Part shown: positions 61,993 through 64,000 of the stretch, piece by piece
Numbering within the stretch: position 1 is the first letter of the stretch
Layout of the letters: each line of letters starts with the position of its first letter
Origin: a virus
Length of the DNA: 64,000 bases
Virus record (IMG/VR): IMGVR_UViG_3300020193_000005
Coordinates: 1-64,000 of that record
Strand: one strand, 5' to 3'
Program-made: the position numbers and the translations under genes
The notes under the pieces: generated by a model
The model's input: the letters and a program-made list of their open reading frames with translations, nothing else
What the model was told of the DNA's origin: nothing
Databases searched by the model: none

Positions 61993-64000
61993 CGATCTCG
62001 TTTTCGCCCCGATTCGCGACGTCTATACGGATCTGATATTTTCCGTGCTGCTGAGCGACGGAATAAAGTGCAAGGCGATAGGAAACATGAACCAGGGCGA
62101 CGACTGGGCGCGTTGGGCGAACGGGTCGGGCCTGAGTAGTTCGCTAATACTGGATTCGCTCGACTACACGTTACGAGCCGACGAGTTCTCTCCCCTAACG
62201 GAGTCGTCCCTGATCTCCGTCAAGTCGATCCTCACGGCGGACGCATACGACGCGCTTTCCGTTTCGCTGGATGGCATTTCCATCAAGTCTCAACCCGACG
62301 ACGACGAATCGCAAGCCGACGAGGATCTCCCGGAGCCCGAACAGGAGCCCGTTTCCGCCATATCGGTGATCGAGGTGGGGATGTCGTTGTTCGACGCCCA
62401 ATTCAAGAAATTGGCGGTCGACTACAAGGCGAATTATCAGAATACGAAGATAGACGTGTCCTCCTTGGCGCTGAGCGTAAAAGCCACCAAGTCCGTGTGG
62501 GCAAATAAAGCGGACGGCGTCGCTTGGAAATCATTGGTCAGCAACTCCTACTCCGACGATCCTGGCAAATTGATTTACGGAAAGATGTACGGGCGCGGTC
62601 TATCGCGGCGTTTCGCCATGTCCGTAAAAGCGGTTTCCAACATGGATCCGCGAACGGCGAGGGACGCCGATTCGGACAGATTGGTCCTCGAGGGCATTCC
62701 CACAGTGAACTTGGGTAGGGGGGTTCCCGATCCGACCCCGTTCGGTGCAGCGAGGCTCGCCAGAAGAACCAGAAAAAACCGAGATTACGCCGTAGCCGAC
62801 GGTAAAAACAGAAAGCGAAGAATGGAGTCCCGTTTCTCCGCCGAAATCAGGACGGGCGGATTGGATTCAACAGCCGTCGGAGGGCGCGATTACTTAAAAG
62901 ACGACGAATCCGATTCCGGAAAAACGACGTTGAACAGAAGAATGAATCGCAGAACCGCGGGAAGCTCGACGAGCGCGACCGCGAGAGGAACGAGCGCTTC
63001 GTTCGATTCGGGCAATCCGGCCCAGTCGGCGACGCGCTCAACTAGAGGAAGGTTTCCGAAGACTTCCAGGATCATTCAAAAAATAAGGAACAATCCTCCG
63101 GTGAGGAGATTGTCGGAAAACGTTTTCGGGGATCGCAAGATTTCGGGAAAGAAGCCGAGACTCGACAAAAGGACGATGGCCAATCGATCGACCGGGTGGC
63201 TGAATAAACTTTCCGAGAGAATAGCCTCCGCCAGTCCCCCGAAAATGGACACCGGTTCGCCGATAAGGGAAAATAGAAGAAGAAAATCGCCCTTCGCCGG
63301 CGAGAGCGACACCGGTCGGATGAGGCGCGTCGTCTACAGCCAGACGACACCGATGAGGAGTTTGTTCGGATTGAGAAACTCAATGGACGACGATTCCGCC
63401 AACAGAAAGAATCTCTCCGAATATACGCCGACCGAAAGGGCGCTGATACTCGGAGAGGCGAAAAAGGTCAGAAGCGACCTTCTCTCGCAATGGAGATCGC
63501 GTTTGGGTCTATCCGAAGACGCCGACGTACTCGAAGACGGAATTTTGACCTATATCCAGGATCAGGAAGCACGTGGAAAAAACGTCTATCCGCTCCAGGT
63601 TCAGGCACATAATTTGCTGATCCTCGACGAAATGCTCTGGGATGCGGAAACGAAACCCGACAAGAACATGGACAACATGTGGTGGAACCTCAAGGAAAAC
63701 GCTAGAGCCAGAATAGTTTCCGATTCTGGCGTTCTCGTTCCTAGCGCCCAAAAACAGGGGGACAACGATCTTTCCAGGCCACCGGCTCGTCCGGTAAAAA
63801 CCCCGATAACCGCTCCTCCTCCGAAGAGCGCCGACGAAATCGTCAAAACTCAGGTCGCGGCAAACGACAATCCCTGGAAGATGGATAAAAATACGAGAGA
63901 TCAGGTCATGTCGGATCTGGGCGAATGGTTGAAAAACTCTCCGGAATTCCTAACGTTTAGCGATAGGTTCGGCGAAAACGAAACCGAGTGGGACGAATTC
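61985..64000 (+). CDS. Large tagged protein, partial (>672 aa, runs off the window end)
   Basis: Manual translation from GTG 61985 (GGGAG upstream) is stop-free to 64000; contains tag copy 4 and DTGRM at 63308. Missing from the ORF track. Confidence 0.85.
   Translation, partial: MNNDLVFAPIRDVYTDLIFSVLLSDGIKCKAIGNMNQGDDWARWANGSGLSSSLILDSLDYTLRADEFSPLTESSLISVKSILTADAYDALSVSLDGISIKSQPDDDESQADEDLPEPEQEPVSAISVIEVGMSLFDAQFKKLAVDYKANYQNTKIDVSSLALSVKATKSVWANKADGVAWKSLVSNSYSDDPGKLIYGKMYGRGLSRRFAMSVKAVSNMDPRTARDADSDRLVLEGIPTVNLGRGVPDPTPFGAARLARRTRKNRDYAVADGKNRKRRMESRFSAEIRTGGLDSTAVGGRDYLKDDESDSGKTTLNRRMNRRTAGSSTSATARGTSASFDSGNPAQSATRSTRGRFPKTSRIIQKIRNNPPVRRLSENVFGDRKISGKKPRLDKRTMANRSTGWLNKLSERIASASPPKMDTGSPIRENRRRKSPFAGESDTGRMRRVVYSQTTPMRSLFGLRNSMDDDSANRKNLSEYTPTERALILGEAKKVRSDLLSQWRSRLGLSEDADVLEDGILTYIQDQEARGKNVYPLQVQAHNLLILDEMLWDAETKPDKNMDNMWWNLKENARARIVSDSGVLVPSAQKQGDNDLSRPPARPVKTPITAPPPKSADEIVKTQVAANDNPWKMDKNTRDQVMSDLGEWLKNSPEFLTFSDRFGENETEWDEF
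62642..62746 (+). repeat. 35-aa shared tag, copy 4
   Basis: MDPRTARDADSDRLVLEGIPTVNLGRGVPDPTPFG. Confidence 0.95.

Noticed and set aside
29529-62746. 105-bp repeats as mobile element, att sites or DGR template/variable repeats
   Set aside because: Differences are largely synonymous and not adenine-specific; no reverse transcriptase, integrase or terminal repeats seen.
61-63846. Many overlapping opposite-strand or alternate-frame ORFs in the track (e.g. 2080..3063, 18248..19375, 28506..29486, 51188..52123)
   Set aside because: Shadow ORFs of fairly GC-rich genes; Arg-rich, motif-free and fully overlapping well-supported genes.
1-64000. Alternative genetic code or tRNA genes
   Set aside because: Standard code yields dense, long ORFs using all three stops; no cloverleaf or TTCGA arm seen in the few intergenic gaps.

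Overview
This window is part of a large tailed bacteriophage genome with a contractile (myovirus-type) tail, probably infecting Actinobacteria (inferred from an r1t-type holin and SigA-like -10 boxes). The minus strand (1-25219) carries the terminase, a recombination block (Rad52/Sak, RecB-type nuclease, HNH, RuvC), a ParB / PAPS-reductase / ParB trio, neck genes, sheath, tube, tail chaperone with a -1 frameshift, tape measure, baseplate and holin. The plus strand (25249-64000) starts as a normal head module (small membrane protein, portal-MuF fusion, HK97-type prohead protease) but no major capsid gene follows. Instead there are >36 kb of giant multidomain genes (about 3745, 674, 2180, 2527, 956, 697 and >672 aa). 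The main observation is that these read as segmented polyproteins. A short linker, DSGAM and close variants (15 exact, about 27 total), marks the boundaries between domain-sized cargo modules: ART-like, GNAT, SLOG, zincin, DEDDh exonuclease, WYL, DUF4314, OGFr/DUF1810-like, DUF3626-like and many HTHs. Four of the giants also share a 35-aa tag (DADxDRLVLEGI..NxGRGxPDPTPFG) placed after Lys-Ala/Ser sites. The proposed model is a protease-processed, capsid-targeted effector cargo system fused to the maturation protease. All domain calls are from motif recognition by eye; no database searches were run.
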